Positions 1 through 14,276 of a DNA stretch of 64,000 bases are shown here, one piece after another; the first letter of the stretch is position 1; each line of letters starts with the position of its first letter. A program made the position numbers and the translations under genes. Source of the stretch: an uncultured Candidatus Rokubacteria bacterium (lineage in GTDB: Bacteria > Methylomirabilota > Methylomirabilia > Rokubacteriales > CSP1-6); contig CAVXJS010000011.1 in NCBI GenBank assembly GCA_963762145.1, forward strand, positions 608,001 through 672,000, read 5' to 3'. The notes beneath the pieces were generated by a model, which worked only from the letters and a program-made list of their open reading frames with translations, did not search any database and was not told the DNA's origin.

Positions 1-974
1 TCACGCTGGACGACCTGGCGGGCTACGCCACGATCGAGCGGCAGCCGATTCGCGGCCGCTACCGTGGCTTCGAGATCACGGGCCCTCCGCCGCCGACTGC
101 GGGCGGGCTGCACCTGGTCGAGATGCTGAACATCCTCGAGGGCTTCGACCCGCGCGGCCTGGGCTTCGGCACCGCGGACTACTTCCACCTGATGGCCGAG
201 GTGCTCAAGATCGGCTTCGCGGACCGGAACGCGTGCACTGGAGATCCGGCCTTCGTGGACATTCCCGTCGAGCGCCTGCTCTCGAAGGAGCACGCGGCGG
301 CGCGGCGCGCGCAGATCCGCCCGGACCGGGCGGGGGACTACGCAGTGGGTGTCACGGCGGATGTGGGGGCCGGCTCCGCGCACACCACCCACGTCACGAC
401 CGCCGACGCGGACGGCAACGTGGTCGCGATGACCCAGACCATCAACAACCTGTTCGGCTCGAAGGCCACGGTGCCCGGCACCGGCATGCTGCTCAACAAC
501 ACGATGGCCCTCTTCGACCCGCACCCCGGGACGCCCGCCTCCGTCGCGCCGGGCAAGCGGGTGACCAGCAGCATGGCGCCCACGATCGTGCTGCGCGACG
601 GCAAGCCCGCATGGGCCCTCGGGCTGCCCGGCGGCGTGCGCATCTTCACCTCGGTGTTCCAGGCGGTGGTCAACCTGATCGACCACCGCATGAGCCTTCA
701 AGAAGCGGTGGAGGCCCCGCGGATCTGGAGCCAGGGCCAGGAGCTCGAGATGGAGCAGGATATTCCGGTGGCCGTCCGGGCCGCGGTCGCCGCGCGCGGC
801 CACGACGTGGTGGCGGTCGGGGGCGTGGCGGGCGGGATGAACGCGGTGGCCTTCGCGGCCGACGGCGCGCTCGAGGGCGCGGCCTGCTGGCGCGCCGACG
901 GCACGCCGATCGGCGTGAGCGGCGGGCTCGCCCGGCCGGGGAGCCGGTTCCGGCCGGACGTGAAGCGGCGCTAG
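1..974 (+). CDS. ggt: Gamma-glutamyltransferase family protein (5'-truncated by window)
   Basis: Frame is open from position 3 (TLDDLAGY...GPPPP). Catalytic Thr motif HTTH, then TQTIN-FGS, LLNN, SSMAP and LPGG motifs. Confidence 0.9.
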   Translation, partial: TLDDLAGYATIERQPIRGRYRGFEITGPPPPTAGGLHLVEMLNILEGFDPRGLGFGTADYFHLMAEVLKIGFADRNACTGDPAFVDIPVERLLSKEHAAARRAQIRPDRAGDYAVGVTADVGAGSAHTTHVTTADADGNVVAMTQTINNLFGSKATVPGTGMLLNNTMALFDPHPGTPASVAPGKRVTSSMAPTIVLRDGKPAWALGLPGGVRIFTSVFQAVVNLIDHRMSLQEAVEAPRIWSQGQELEMEQDIPVAVRAAVAARGHDVVAVGGVAGGMNAVAFAADGALEGAACWRADGTPIGVSGGLARPGSRFRPDVKRR

Positions 975-1725
975 CCCTTCGCGCCCGCCGCCGCGCGGTC
1001 GATCAGGTCCTTCGCGCCGGCCTGGATCCACGGGAAGAAGCTGGTCATGATGCAGCGCACGCCCTTGCGCGTGTAGCTCTCCACGTTGGCCGAGCTGACC
1101 AGCGTGCCCGCGGTGCGCCCCGCCTGCACGATCTTGGCGATCGCGCCGTCCACCGTCTTCTGGACCTCCGGATGCGTCATGTTGCCGATGTGGCCCATCG
1201 ACGTCGCCAGGTCGTTGGGGGCGACGAAGAAAACGTCGATGTGGTCCACGGTCAGGATCGCGTCGAGGTTGTTGACGGCCACGATGTCCTCGATCAGGAC
1301 GATGAGCAGGCTCTGGTCGTTGGCGGTCTTCAGGTAGTCGCCCACCCCGAAGCCCTGGCGGCTCGTGAACATGCCGCGCTTGCCGAGCGGGGCGAACTTG
1401 GCGCCCTCCACCACCGCCTGGGCCTCCGCACGGGTGTTGACGTGCGGCACGACGATTCCTTGCGCTCCCCGGTCGAGCGTCCGGTAGATGGTGGCGTAGT
1501 CGTTGTCCATCACGCGCACCACGCTGGTCACGTCCCAGAGATCGCAGGCCCGGGTGAGGTTGCCCAGGTCGGCGTAGTCCACCCCGCCGTGCTCGCCCTC
1601 GAGCCAGATGCCGTCGGCGCCGAGCGGGCCGAGCTGGTCGATCAGGTCCGGATCGTTGGTGCCCGACAGGATGGTCGCCACCTGTCCCGCGGCCAGACGC
1701 TGCTTCACCTTGTTCGCTCGGATGC

Positions 1726-1729
<4 letters not shown>
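971..1729 (-). CDS. HpcH/HpaI aldolase family protein
   Basis: Start MSIRANKVK at 1729. Motifs LEGEH, LDRGAQGIVVPHV, LIED, FVAPNDL. Confidence 0.88.
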
Positions 1730-5381
<3,652 letters not shown>

Positions 5382-5455
5382 GCCTGTTCTTCCCTTCCTT
5401 GGGAGCGCGAGAGCCCGGCTGCTCGAGCCGACCGGACTGGTGCGAGGACGCGCGG

Positions 5456-5533
5456 ATTATCGGCTCGCGGCGTCGAGCCTGTCAAGGAACGCGGCCGGCC
5501 GCGCATTGACCGCGGCGGCTCGCCTGATAGCAT
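5456..5533. promoter_or_regulatory. Divergent sigma70-like promoters
   Basis: Minus strand TTGACA-18-GATAAT (5485-5456) toward dctP. Plus strand TTGACC-16-TAGCAT (5506-5533) toward the kinase. Confidence 0.5.
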
Positions 5534-5560
5534 CCCGCCGGGTCGCCAGGAGCGCGCCGC

Positions 5561-7227
5561 ATGTGCCCAAACGAGAGCGAGACGCCGCGTCGGGTCCACC
5601 GGTCCGGTCCCGGAGACGACGCCGGGCTGGGCGAGCGGATCCCGCGCCTCCTGCTCGCCTACTGGCCCCTGGGCCCGCTCGTGCGGCGCGTCGCCCGCCT
5701 CCGCGCGTCGGTCCACTCGAAGCTCCTCGGCGCGTTCCTCCTGATCGCCCTGCTCCTGATCGCGATGGGGGCCATGAGCCTCCAGTCGATCGCGAGCGTG
5801 GCCCGGCAGAGCCGCCTCCTGGACCAGGCGCGCGAGCGGGTGGACGCCTCCCGCCAGATCGAGCACGCGCTCGGGCCTGCAGATGAACTTCACCCGCAAC
5901 GCGCTGCTCTTGCGGGACGACGCCACCATCGAGAGCATCTTCCGCGAGAACAATCGCTTCCACGACACCTTCGACCGCCTCGAGGCGGCCGCCACCGCCG
6001 ACCAGCGGGAGACGATCCAGCGCCTTCGCAACACGCAGGACAAGGTCATGGCCACGGTGGCCCGCATCGCGGCGCTGATCCGCGAGGACAAGGCCGACGA
6101 GGCGATGGCGCTCCACCTCGAACGAAGGCTATCCGCTGTACCGGGAGATCGCGACCCTCGTCACCCGGGCCGTCCGGAACGAGGAGGCGGGAATGGGCCA
6201 GCTCCGGGAGGGCGTCGAGACCACCTATCGTCGAGCCCTGCTGCTCACCGGCGGCTTCGCGGCCGCGTCCATCGTCCTGGCCCTGGGCCTCGGCTTCGTC
6301 ATCTCCTGGTCCTTCATCCTCCCGGTCCGCGAGGCGGAGGGGTTCCTCGGCCAGGTCGCCAAGGGCGACTTCAGCGCGAGCATCGACGTGCCGAACCGCG
6401 ACGAGTTCGGGGCCCTGGCCCGCCAGATGAACGAGATGAGCCGCGAGCTGCACCAGCTCTACGACGACCAGCGGCGGGCCGCCCACCAGCTCCGGGTGCT
6501 CAACGCGGAGCTCGAGCAGGCCAGCCGGGCCAAGTCCAACTTCCTCGCCAGCATGAGCCACGAGCTCCGCACGCCGATGAACGCGATCCTGGGCTTCACC
6601 GAGATGATCCGCGACGGGCTGTACGGGGAGATCCCGCCCGAGATCCAGGAGCCGGTGTCGGACATCCACACCTGCGGCAAGCAGCTCCTCGGCCTGATCA
6701 ACAACGTGCTCGATCTCTCCAAGATCGAGGCCGGGCACATGGAGCTGGCCCTCGGGGAATACGTGGTCGAGGACGTCGTGAACACCGTGAAGCTCTCGCT
6801 GCGGGCCCTGGCCGCGACCAAGGGGCTGGACCTCGTCACCGCGGTCGCTCCCGACCTGCCGCTCGCGGTGGGCGACGGCAAGCGGATCACGCAGTGCCTG
6901 ATGAACCTGGCCGGCAACGCGCTCAAGTTCACGCGCGAGGGCCGCGTGGAGATCCGCGTGGAGCTCGAGGGCGAGCACCTGCTCTTCGCGGTGGCCGACA
7001 CCGGGATCGGCATCCCGGCCGATCAGATCGACAGCATCTTCGAGGAGTTCCGGCAGGCGGACGCCACCGTCAGCCGGGACTTCGGGGGCACCGGGCTCGG
7101 CCTGTCGATCACCCGGAAGCTGGTCGAGCTGCACGGCGGGCGGATCTGGGTCGAGAGCGTGCCGGGCAAGGGCTCGACCTTCTTCTTCTCGATCCCGGTG
7201 CGGGTGGCGAAGGAGGCGGCCGCGTGA
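5561..7227 (+). CDS. Membrane HAMP sensor histidine kinase (frameshifts near 5880 and 6120)
   Basis: TM-sensor-TM-HAMP layout. H-box MSHELRTP, N-box NALKFT, DTGIG, GGTGLGL. Confidence 0.88.
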
Positions 7228-7592
7228 AGACCGTCCTGTACGTCGAGGACAACGAGTTCAACCGGAAGATCGTCCGGCACCTGCTGGGCCGCACGGCCTA
7301 CCGCCTGATCGAGGCGGTGGACGGGGAGGCGGGCGTGACGAGCGCGCGCGAGGCGGTTCCGGACCTGATCATCATGGACATCCAGCTCCCGAAGCTCTCC
7401 GGGCTCGAGGCCACCCGCCAGCTCCACGCCGACCCGGTGACCGCGTCAATCCCCGTCATCGTCATCACCTCGTTCGCGCTGGCCGGGGACGAGGAGAAGG
7501 CGCGGGAGGCGGGGGCCGCCGCCTACCTGGCGAAGCCCTACAGCCCACGCGAGCTGCTCCAGATGATCCGGCAGCTCGCTCCGGAGAGCTGA
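7224..7592 (+). CDS. Single-domain response regulator (DivK/CheY-like)
   Basis: GTG overlaps the kinase stop. Motifs VEDN, MDIQLP, YLAKP. Confidence 0.9.
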   Translation: MKTVLYVEDNEFNRKIVRHLLGRTAYRLIEAVDGEAGVTSAREAVPDLIIMDIQLPKLSGLEATRQLHADPVTASIPVIVITSFALAGDEEKAREAGAAAYLAKPYSPRELLQMIRQLAPES

Positions 7593-7608
7593 CGTCGCGC
7601 AGCCTTCC

Positions 7609-8769
7609 GTGAAGGGCGCCGAAGCGAGCCCGTGGCGCGTGCTGGCGGCTTCCACCGCGCTCAACGCCCCGATCGGCTCGCTCTACGCGTTCAGCGTGTT
7701 CCTGCAGCCGCTGGAGGCGTTGCTCGGGCTGACCCGCGCGGACCTGGCATTTGTCTTTGCCCTGGCCGCCGCCGCGTTCGGTGTCGGCATGATGGTGGCG
7801 CCGAGCCTCTACCGTGTCGCGTCGACACCGCTCCTGGTGACGGCCTGCGCGGTCGCCAACGCGGTGGGGCTGACGCTGGCCGCGACCGCGGGCGGCCTGA
7901 CCCAGCTCGCGATCGGCTACGGGGTGCTCTTCGGGCTCGGCGGCGGCGCGGCCTACATCCTCGTGCAGCAGATGGTGAACCTGGCGGTGACTCGCCGCCA
8001 GGGCCTGGTCAACGGCTACATCGTGAGCCTGCTGCCCGCCGGCGCGATGATCGCGGCGCCGATGTTCGGCTGGGCGATCCGCGCCTTCGGTGTCCGCGCC
8101 GCGCTCGGCGGCTTCGCCGCGGTCCTGGCCGTCACCGGCGTCGTCAGCGCGTGGCTGGTGGCCAGTGCCGGCGTGGCCATCTCGGCCGAGACCGGGAGCG
8201 TCACGCTCGGGGCAGAGGAGCGCCGCCGGGCCGTGTTCTGGCGGCTCTCGATCGTCTTCTTCCTGGCCGCCTCCGCCGGGCTGATGGTGCTGAGCCAGGC
8301 CGCGGGGATGATCGCCGCGTACGGCGGAGCGGCCGCGCTCGCGGTGTACGGGACCACGTTCATCACCGCCACCATCGCGGTGGCGCGCCTGGGCGGCGGC
8401 TGGATGGTGGACTGGCTCGCCATCCCCACAGTTGCGGCCGGCGCGCACGCGGTCGCCCTGGCCGGCAATGTCGCGCTGACGCTCTGGCCCGGGCCGCTGG
8501 TGTCCGTCTTCTCGCTGGCCCTGGTGGGGATGGGCTACGGGGTGATCTCCGGCGTGACCGCGGCCTCCGTCGCCGTCTACTGGCGGCGGGCGCTCTACGG
8601 TCGCATGGCCAGCCGCGTCTACATCGCGTGGAGCGCGGCGGCCATCGTCCTGCCCGTCGTCGCGGGCCGCCTCTTCGACCTCACGCAGGGCTACGGCAGC
8701 GCGGTGCTCATCGCGGCGGGGGCCAACGCGCTCGGCATCCTCGTCTCCCTCGGGCTGCCGCGGCGCTGA
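7609..8769 (+). CDS. MFS transporter (OFA-like)
   Basis: About 12 hydrophobic segments; GSLYAFSVF and YGVLFGLGGG motifs. Confidence 0.82.
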   Translation: MKGAEASPWRVLAASTALNAPIGSLYAFSVFLQPLEALLGLTRADLAFVFALAAAAFGVGMMVAPSLYRVASTPLLVTACAVANAVGLTLAATAGGLTQLAIGYGVLFGLGGGAAYILVQQMVNLAVTRRQGLVNGYIVSLLPAGAMIAAPMFGWAIRAFGVRAALGGFAAVLAVTGVVSAWLVASAGVAISAETGSVTLGAEERRRAVFWRLSIVFFLAASAGLMVLSQAAGMIAAYGGAAALAVYGTTFITATIAVARLGGGWMVDWLAIPTVAAGAHAVALAGNVALTLWPGPLVSVFSLALVGMGYGVISGVTAASVAVYWRRALYGRMASRVYIAWSAAAIVLPVVAGRLFDLTQGYGSAVLIAAGANALGILVSLGLPRR

Positions 8770-8784
8770 GGTACTATCTCTGCC

Positions 8785-9606
8785 ATGCCGACCACGTCCC
8801 GGCCGATCTCCCTCGCGCACCTCACCGTGCTGGACGCGACGCCTCCCGAGCTGATCACGGTGGCGGCGGCCGCGGGGTTCCGGACGGTCGGCATCCGCCT
8901 GACCGCGACGCCGAGCGTGGGCGTGCCGCCGTACGACGTGCTCCACGAGGGGCCGATGCTGCGGGAGACCCTGCTGCGCCTGAAGGATACCGGCGTCTCC
9001 GTGCTCGACACCGAGTTCCTCCGCTTCGAGCCCGAGCACCCGATCGGCATCCCGGAGGGCTTCCTCGAGGTCTCGGCGCGGCTGGGCGCCAAGCACGTGC
9101 TCGTCATGAGCGCCGAGCCGGAGGAGGCGCGCACGCTCGAGCGCTTCGGCGAGCTCTGCGACCGGGCCGCCCAGTACGGCCTGTCCGTCGGCCTGGAGTT
9201 CGCGGTCTACACGGGGGTCCGTACGCTCGCCCACGCCGCGCAGGTGGTGGCCCAGTCGAAGCGGGCGAACGTCTCGGTGGTGGTGGACGCGCTCCACTTC
9301 AGCCGGTCCGGCGGGCTGCCGGCCCACGTCGGGACGGTGGATCCGGCGCTCTTCCGCTACGCGCAGATCTGCGACGCGGCGGCGGACATGCCGGGCCCCA
9401 CCGATACGCCGAACCTGATCCGCGAGGCGCGCACCGGGCGGCTGCTTCCCGGCGAAGGCGTGTTGCCGCTTCGGGAGCTGGTGGCGGCGCTGCCCGCCGG
9501 CATCCCGCTGGCGATCGAGGCGCCGTCCCGGGCTACCGCCGATCTGCCCGCGCTCGAACGGGCCCGGCGCGCGTACCGGACGATGTCGGACCTGCTGGCT
9601 ACCTGA
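8785..9606 (+). CDS. Sugar phosphate isomerase/epimerase (AP_endonuc_2 TIM barrel)
   Basis: Metal-ligand motifs LEF, VDALH, QICD, RLLPGEG, IE. Confidence 0.85.
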   Translation: MPTTSRPISLAHLTVLDATPPELITVAAAAGFRTVGIRLTATPSVGVPPYDVLHEGPMLRETLLRLKDTGVSVLDTEFLRFEPEHPIGIPEGFLEVSARLGAKHVLVMSAEPEEARTLERFGELCDRAAQYGLSVGLEFAVYTGVRTLAHAAQVVAQSKRANVSVVVDALHFSRSGGLPAHVGTVDPALFRYAQICDAAADMPGPTDTPNLIREARTGRLLPGEGVLPLRELVAALPAGIPLAIEAPSRATADLPALERARRAYRTMSDLLAT

Positions 9607-9609
9607 CCG

Positions 9610-10543
9610 CTAGCCGACCTCGACCAGCTCGAGCGCCTCGCGGCTCGGGCCCTCGATCATCACCGCGCGCGTGTCGCCGAGCGCGTAGGGCTCCTCGAGG
9701 AACCGCACGCCCTCGCCGCGCAGCTTGGCGACCCACGCGTCGAGATCGGTGACGCTGAGCGCGATGTGGTCGTAGAGCTGCCCGCGCGTGCTCGCGAGCG
9801 GCCGGTCGCCCTGGCGCATGTACCAGGGCAAGGCCACGTCGCCGAACACGACGGCGGCCGACGGCGTGCGGAACATCCCCTCGCGGTCCAGCGCCGGCCA
9901 GCTCCGGTCGGGCCCGCGCGGCACCGTGCAGGTGGACTCGGTCAGCGGCGCGCGGCTGGTGCGCCCGGCGTAGATCGGCGCGTTGAGGTGCGTCTGGTAC
10001 CAGAGCTGCGCGCAGAACGGGTCGTCCTGGTAGAGATGCACGTGGTTGAAGCGCTCGGCCGGGTGATTGCCGGCGTATTCCACCAGGGCGTCGTCGGGGC
10101 CCCGCATGTAGCCGAAGCCGCCGGTGCGGGTCGGCTGCACGCCGGTGGCCCGGGCCTCGGCGATCTGCGCCTTCGTCAGGCCGGGCGTGCGGTCCCTTGC
10201 TCGGCCACGTATCGCTGCTGACGAGGACGGAGCCGCCTTCGTCGGTCCCCGGTGTAGAGCGGCAGGAGCTCGACATCCGGCCGGGCCTGGTAGACCGCGA
10301 GGCTGGCCCGCGTGTCCGGCACGTGCCAGCCGAAGTGCCAGATCGCGGTCTGCGGGGACGTCGCGGGCGGCGTCGCGACGCGGGTGAAGAGGATCAGCAC
10401 GTTGTTCGGCGCCGCGAGCGCGGGTCAGGCCGCCCCAGCGCGTCTTCGTGGAGGTCGGGAACGTGCCGGACGTAGAACTCGATCGCCGCGTCGGGGTCGA
10501 CCGAGTTCAGGTGGAGATGATGGAAGCCCGGCGCGGGGAGCAT
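9610..10543 (-). CDS. Multi-domain VOC/glyoxalase family protein (frameshifted 10140-10470)
   Basis: Start MLPAPGFHHLHLNSVDPDAAIEFY at 10543. Motifs IWHFGW, FNHVHL, YDHIALSV...LELVE. Confidence 0.75.
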
Positions 10544-10544
10544 C

Positions 10545-11174
10545 TCAGCGCGCCTCTCCCGCCGCCTCGGCCCTGGCCTGCTTCACGAGCTGCTCCAGGA
10601 CCTCGTAGGGCTGCGCGCCCACCACGCCGCGGTGGCCCGCGACGAAGGTCGGCACGCCGGTGATGCCGTACTGGCGCGAGAGCGCCCAGTCCCGGTCCAC
10701 CGCGTCCTTGAACGTCCGCTTCTCCAGCACCTCGCGGGCGCCGGCGACCGGCAGGCCCACCTCCGCCACGATCTCGAGGAGCACCGCGGGCTCGGAGATG
10801 TTGCGCGCCTGCACGAAGTAGGCGCGGAACATCGCGTCGTGGAACGCGTCGCCCCCCGGCTGGGTGTCGGCCCACTTGCCGAGCTCCTGGGCCAGGCGGC
10901 TGTTGTAGGTCATCGTGCGCTCGCCATAGGGGAGGCCCTCGGCGTCCATGCGCGCCTTCATCTGCGCGTGCATGGCCTTGCGGTCCACGTTGCGGCCGCG
11001 GAACAGATCCTCGAGCGACTGGCCTTCCGGCGGCGTCTCCGGGTGCAGCGGGAAGTGCACCCACTCGATCGTGACGTCGTGCTCGGTCCGGAGCTTCTCA
11101 ATACGCACGGTACTGAGATAGCACCAGGGTCAGACGTAGTCGGAGAAGACCTGAACCGTGATGGGCGTGGTCAT
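10545..11174 (-). CDS. DsbA/FrnE-like thioredoxin-fold protein, probable selenoprotein (U15 in UPWC)
   Basis: ATG at 11174 has an AAGGAGG RBS and ATGA overlap. Reads MTTPITVQVFSDYV-TGA-PWCY, in frame with the 10545-11108 ORF (FPLHP, GITGVPTF, GAQP). Confidence 0.85.
11088..11128 (-). promoter_or_regulatory. Candidate bacterial SECIS stem-loop 3' of the in-frame UGA
   Basis: mRNA: CUGG-U-GCU-AU-CUCAGUAC-(CGUGC)-GUAUUGAG-A-AGC-U-CCGG. 8-bp upper stem, lower stem, and a G near the 5' end of the loop. Confidence 0.65.
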
Positions 11175-12136
11175 GTGGCCTCCTTGATGAGCTTCTGCAG
11201 GCTTCGCAGGCCGGGCGGGATCGGCTGGCCCTTGTAGCGATTGCCCCAGTTAGTGTACGACACCTCGCCGACGTAGATGTCCCCGCGCGAATCCACCGCG
11301 AGGCCGTGCGGGGAGACGAACTGGCCCGGCTCGAGGCCGGCCAGGCGGTCGCCGAGGCGCGCCAGCCGCTCGCCGCGGTGGCTGTAGATGCTGACCCGCG
11401 GCCCGATGTTGGGGACGTCGTAGTTGACGGGCAGCGCGCCGCCGATCTCCCCCACGTAGAAGCGGCCCTGGCCGCCGCGCTCCATGAAGAGGCCGGAGGG
11501 GCGGTGCATGTCGTGCCACTGCGTCTCGAAGCGGCCGTCGCCGTCGAAGACCTGGATGCGATGGTTCTCGCGGTCGGCCACGTAGACCCAGCCGTCGGCG
11601 TCGCAGCAGATGTTGTGGGGGATGTTGAACTGGCCGGGATCGGTGCCCGGCTCGCCCCACGAGCGGAGCAGGGTGCCGTCCGGCGCGAACTTGTGGATGC
11701 GCGCGTTGCCGTAGCCGTCGGAGACGTAGAGATCGCCCTGCGGGGACAGCGCGGTGTGCGTGCAGCGATGGAACGGCTCGCCGCTCATGTAGGGCTTGGG
11801 CGTGCCGGGGATGCCGATGGTCAGGAGCACCTTGCCGTCGAGCGTGCAGTGGCGGACGGTGTGATCGCCGTCGTCGGTCAGCCAGAGCGTGTCGTCGGGC
11901 GCCACGTGGACGCCGTGCGCGCGGTGGAAGACCCCCTCGCCCCAGGAGCGCAGGAAGTTGCCCTCGCGGTCGAGGACGACCATCGGGTGCGCGCCGCGGT
12001 TGAACGCGTAGACCCGGTCCTGCCGATCCACCCCGACCGCGGCCACGTCGGCGTTGAACTCCCGGCCGGGCGGCAGCTTCGCCCAGTCGCCCACCACCCG
12101 GTAGCGGTAGGCGCCGCTCCCCAGGATGGCCGCCAT
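11171..12136 (-). CDS. NHL-repeat beta-propeller (PAL/peptidyl-alpha-hydroxyglycine lyase-like)
   Basis: Repeats YVSDGYGNARIHKF, GQFNIPH, YVADRENHRIQVF, PHGLAVDSRGDIYV. Confidence 0.85.
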   Translation of the reverse strand: MAAILGSGAYRYRVVGDWAKLPPGREFNADVAAVGVDRQDRVYAFNRGAHPMVVLDREGNFLRSWGEGVFHRAHGVHVAPDDTLWLTDDGDHTVRHCTLDGKVLLTIGIPGTPKPYMSGEPFHRCTHTALSPQGDLYVSDGYGNARIHKFAPDGTLLRSWGEPGTDPGQFNIPHNICCDADGWVYVADRENHRIQVFDGDGRFETQWHDMHRPSGLFMERGGQGRFYVGEIGGALPVNYDVPNIGPRVSIYSHRGERLARLGDRLAGLEPGQFVSPHGLAVDSRGDIYVGEVSYTNWGNRYKGQPIPPGLRSLQKLIKEAT

Positions 12137-13092
12137 CACGCGCCTCCCGGCCCGCGCGCCTCGAAGATCGCGCGCGGGTTGCCGACCAGCATCTGCTGGA
12201 TCTGCGCCTCGGTGACCCCCGCCTGGCGGAGCGCGGGCAGGATGTCGTCGGGGATGTGGTTGTAGTTCCACCGGGGCCGCGTCCGCCGCTTGTCGTCCTC
12301 GGAGAGCATGTCGCTCCAGCAGTTGGCGTCGTGCGAGAGGACCATGCGCTCCGCGTAGCCCTCCGCGCACAGGCGGGCGATGACCTCGACCCGCTTCGGC
12401 GTCGGCAGGAAGTGCTCGAGGCCGAAGCGGTCCATGCCGATGGTGCTGCCGCGGTCCATCAGTCCGCGGAGGTAGCCCAGGTCCTCGCTGTCGCCGCTGT
12501 GGCCGATGATGACCCGGCGGAGGTCCACGCCCTCCTGGGCGAAGATCGCCTGCTGCGCCTCCCCGGTCCGGCCCGCGGCCCAGGTGTGGGTCGAGATCGG
12601 CACCCCGGTCGCCTTCTGGGCCCGCGCGGAGGCGCGCAGGATGTTCTCGATGACCGGGGTCACCCCCGCGGTGTCGGTCGCGCACTTGATGATGGCGGCC
12701 TTGACGCCGCTGTCCCCGATGCCCTGCGTGATGTCGCGGACGAAGAGGTCGGCGACCGCGTCCACCCCGTGGCCGCTGAAGTACCGCTGCGGCATCCACC
12801 AGACGCCGGTGGCCACGATCACGTGGACGCGGGAGCGGCGGGCCACGTCGAGGATCAGGCCGATGTCGCGTCCCAGGTCCACGGTGGTCAGGTCCACGAT
12901 CGTGCGGATGCCGCGCGCGTGGAGATCGGCCATCTTCCGCTCCGCCATCGCGAGGATGCCGGCGCGGTCCCAGAGGTGCGGCCAGTTCTCCTGGACGCCG
13001 GGCGAGCGGGTGACGATGTGCTCGTGCATCAGCGTGGCGCCGAGCTCGGCGGTGGCCAGCGGACCGAGGGCCGTCTCTACCGTGGTGGTCAT
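12136..13092 (-). CDS. Phosphotriesterase-related (PHP) amidohydrolase
   Basis: Motifs TLMHEH, IVDLT-x-DLGRD, IIKCA, ISTH, IIGH, LSHD. Confidence 0.88.
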   Translation of the reverse strand: MTTTVETALGPLATAELGATLMHEHIVTRSPGVQENWPHLWDRAGILAMAERKMADLHARGIRTIVDLTTVDLGRDIGLILDVARRSRVHVIVATGVWWMPQRYFSGHGVDAVADLFVRDITQGIGDSGVKAAIIKCATDTAGVTPVIENILRASARAQKATGVPISTHTWAAGRTGEAQQAIFAQEGVDLRRVIIGHSGDSEDLGYLRGLMDRGSTIGMDRFGLEHFLPTPKRVEVIARLCAEGYAERMVLSHDANCWSDMLSEDDKRRTRPRWNYNHIPDDILPALRQAGVTEAQIQQMLVGNPRAIFEARGPGGA

Positions 13093-13106
13093 TCCGGATC
13101 TCCTAT

Positions 13107-14276
13107 CTATCCCGCGACCGCGCGCACGAAGCGCTCGACCTCGGCTTCGTCGTTGTAGTAGTGGACGCTCGCGCGGACGAGCGCGTCGAACCCGCGCGCG
13201 GGCAGGTCGAGCCGCGAGGAGCGGGCCTGGGTGTGGGTGACGTTGATGTTCATGGCGCGGAGGCGCCGGCGGGTGGCCTCCGGGGCCTCGCCGGCCTTGA
13301 GAAAGGTGACGATCCCGCACTGCTCGACACCCAGGTCGTGGACGGTCACGCCGGGCAGTCTCGCGAGGTCCCGCCGGAGCCGGGCGGCGAGCCCCTTCAC
13401 GCGGACCTCGATCGGCTCGATGCCGAGCGCCAGGGCGTAGCGCACCGCGACGCCGAGGCCGATCTGGCCGGCCACGAAGCGCTCCCAGTTCTCGAAGCGC
13501 CGGGCGTCGTCGCGGAGCGTGTAGGTGTCGGCGTCGATCCACGCGGCGGCCTCCAGATCGATGAAGGGCGGCTCCAGCCCGCCGATGGTGTCGCGCCGCA
13601 CGTAGAGGAAGCCGGTGCCGCGCGGGCCGCGCAGGTACTTGCGCCCGGTCGCGGAGAGCATGTGGCAGCCGATGCGGCGCACGTCCACCGCGAGCTGGCC
13701 GACCGACTGGCAGGCGTCGAGCAGATACAGGATGCCGTGCCGCGCCGCGATCCGGCCGACCTCGGCGGCCGGGTTCACGAGCCCGCCCTGGGTGGGCACG
13801 TGGGTGATCGCGACGAGCCGGGTGCGCGGGCGGATCGCGCGCTCGAGGGCGGCCACGTCGAGCTGGCCCGAGGCGTCGTCGTCGACCACGTCGATCTCCA
13901 CGCCCGCGCGCCGCTTCATCTGGAGGAACGCGAGGTAGTTGGACGCGTACTCGGCCCGCGCGGTGATGATCCGGTCCCCGGCGCGGAAGGGGATGGCGTA
14001 GAAGGCCATGTCCCAGGCCCGCGTCGCGTTCTCCACGAACGCGATCTCGTCCGGGCCCGCGCCGATCAGCGCGGCGACCGCGTCGTAGACGTCGGCGATC
14101 CGGTCCTCGGCCTCCGCGGCCGCCTCGTAGCCGCCGATGGCCGCCTCGCGCTGGAGGTGGCCGACCACCGCGTCGAGCACCGGGCGCGGGGGCAATGCGG
14201 CGCCCGCGTTGTTGAAGTGCAGGACGTCGGCCACGCCGGGCGTGTCCGCTCGAAGACGCGGCACGTCGAGCGTCAT
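13107..14276 (-). CDS. Class V PLP-dependent C-S/C-Se lyase-like aminotransferase
   Basis: Motifs [43 protein letters not shown]. Confidence 0.85.
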   Translation of the reverse strand: MTLDVPRLRADTPGVADVLHFNNAGAALPPRPVLDAVVGHLQREAAIGGYEAAAEAEDRIADVYDAVAALIGAGPDEIAFVENATRAWDMAFYAIPFRAGDRIITARAEYASNYLAFLQMKRRAGVEIDVVDDDASGQLDVAALERAIRPRTRLVAITHVPTQGGLVNPAAEVGRIAARHGILYLLDACQSVGQLAVDVRRIGCHMLSATGRKYLRGPRGTGFLYVRRDTIGGLEPPFIDLEAAAWIDADTYTLRDDARRFENWERFVAGQIGLGVAVRYALALGIEPIEVRVKGLAARLRRDLARLPGVTVHDLGVEQCGIVTFLKAGEAPEATRRRLRAMNINVTHTQARSSRLDLPARGFDALVRASVHYYNDEAEVERFVRAVAG

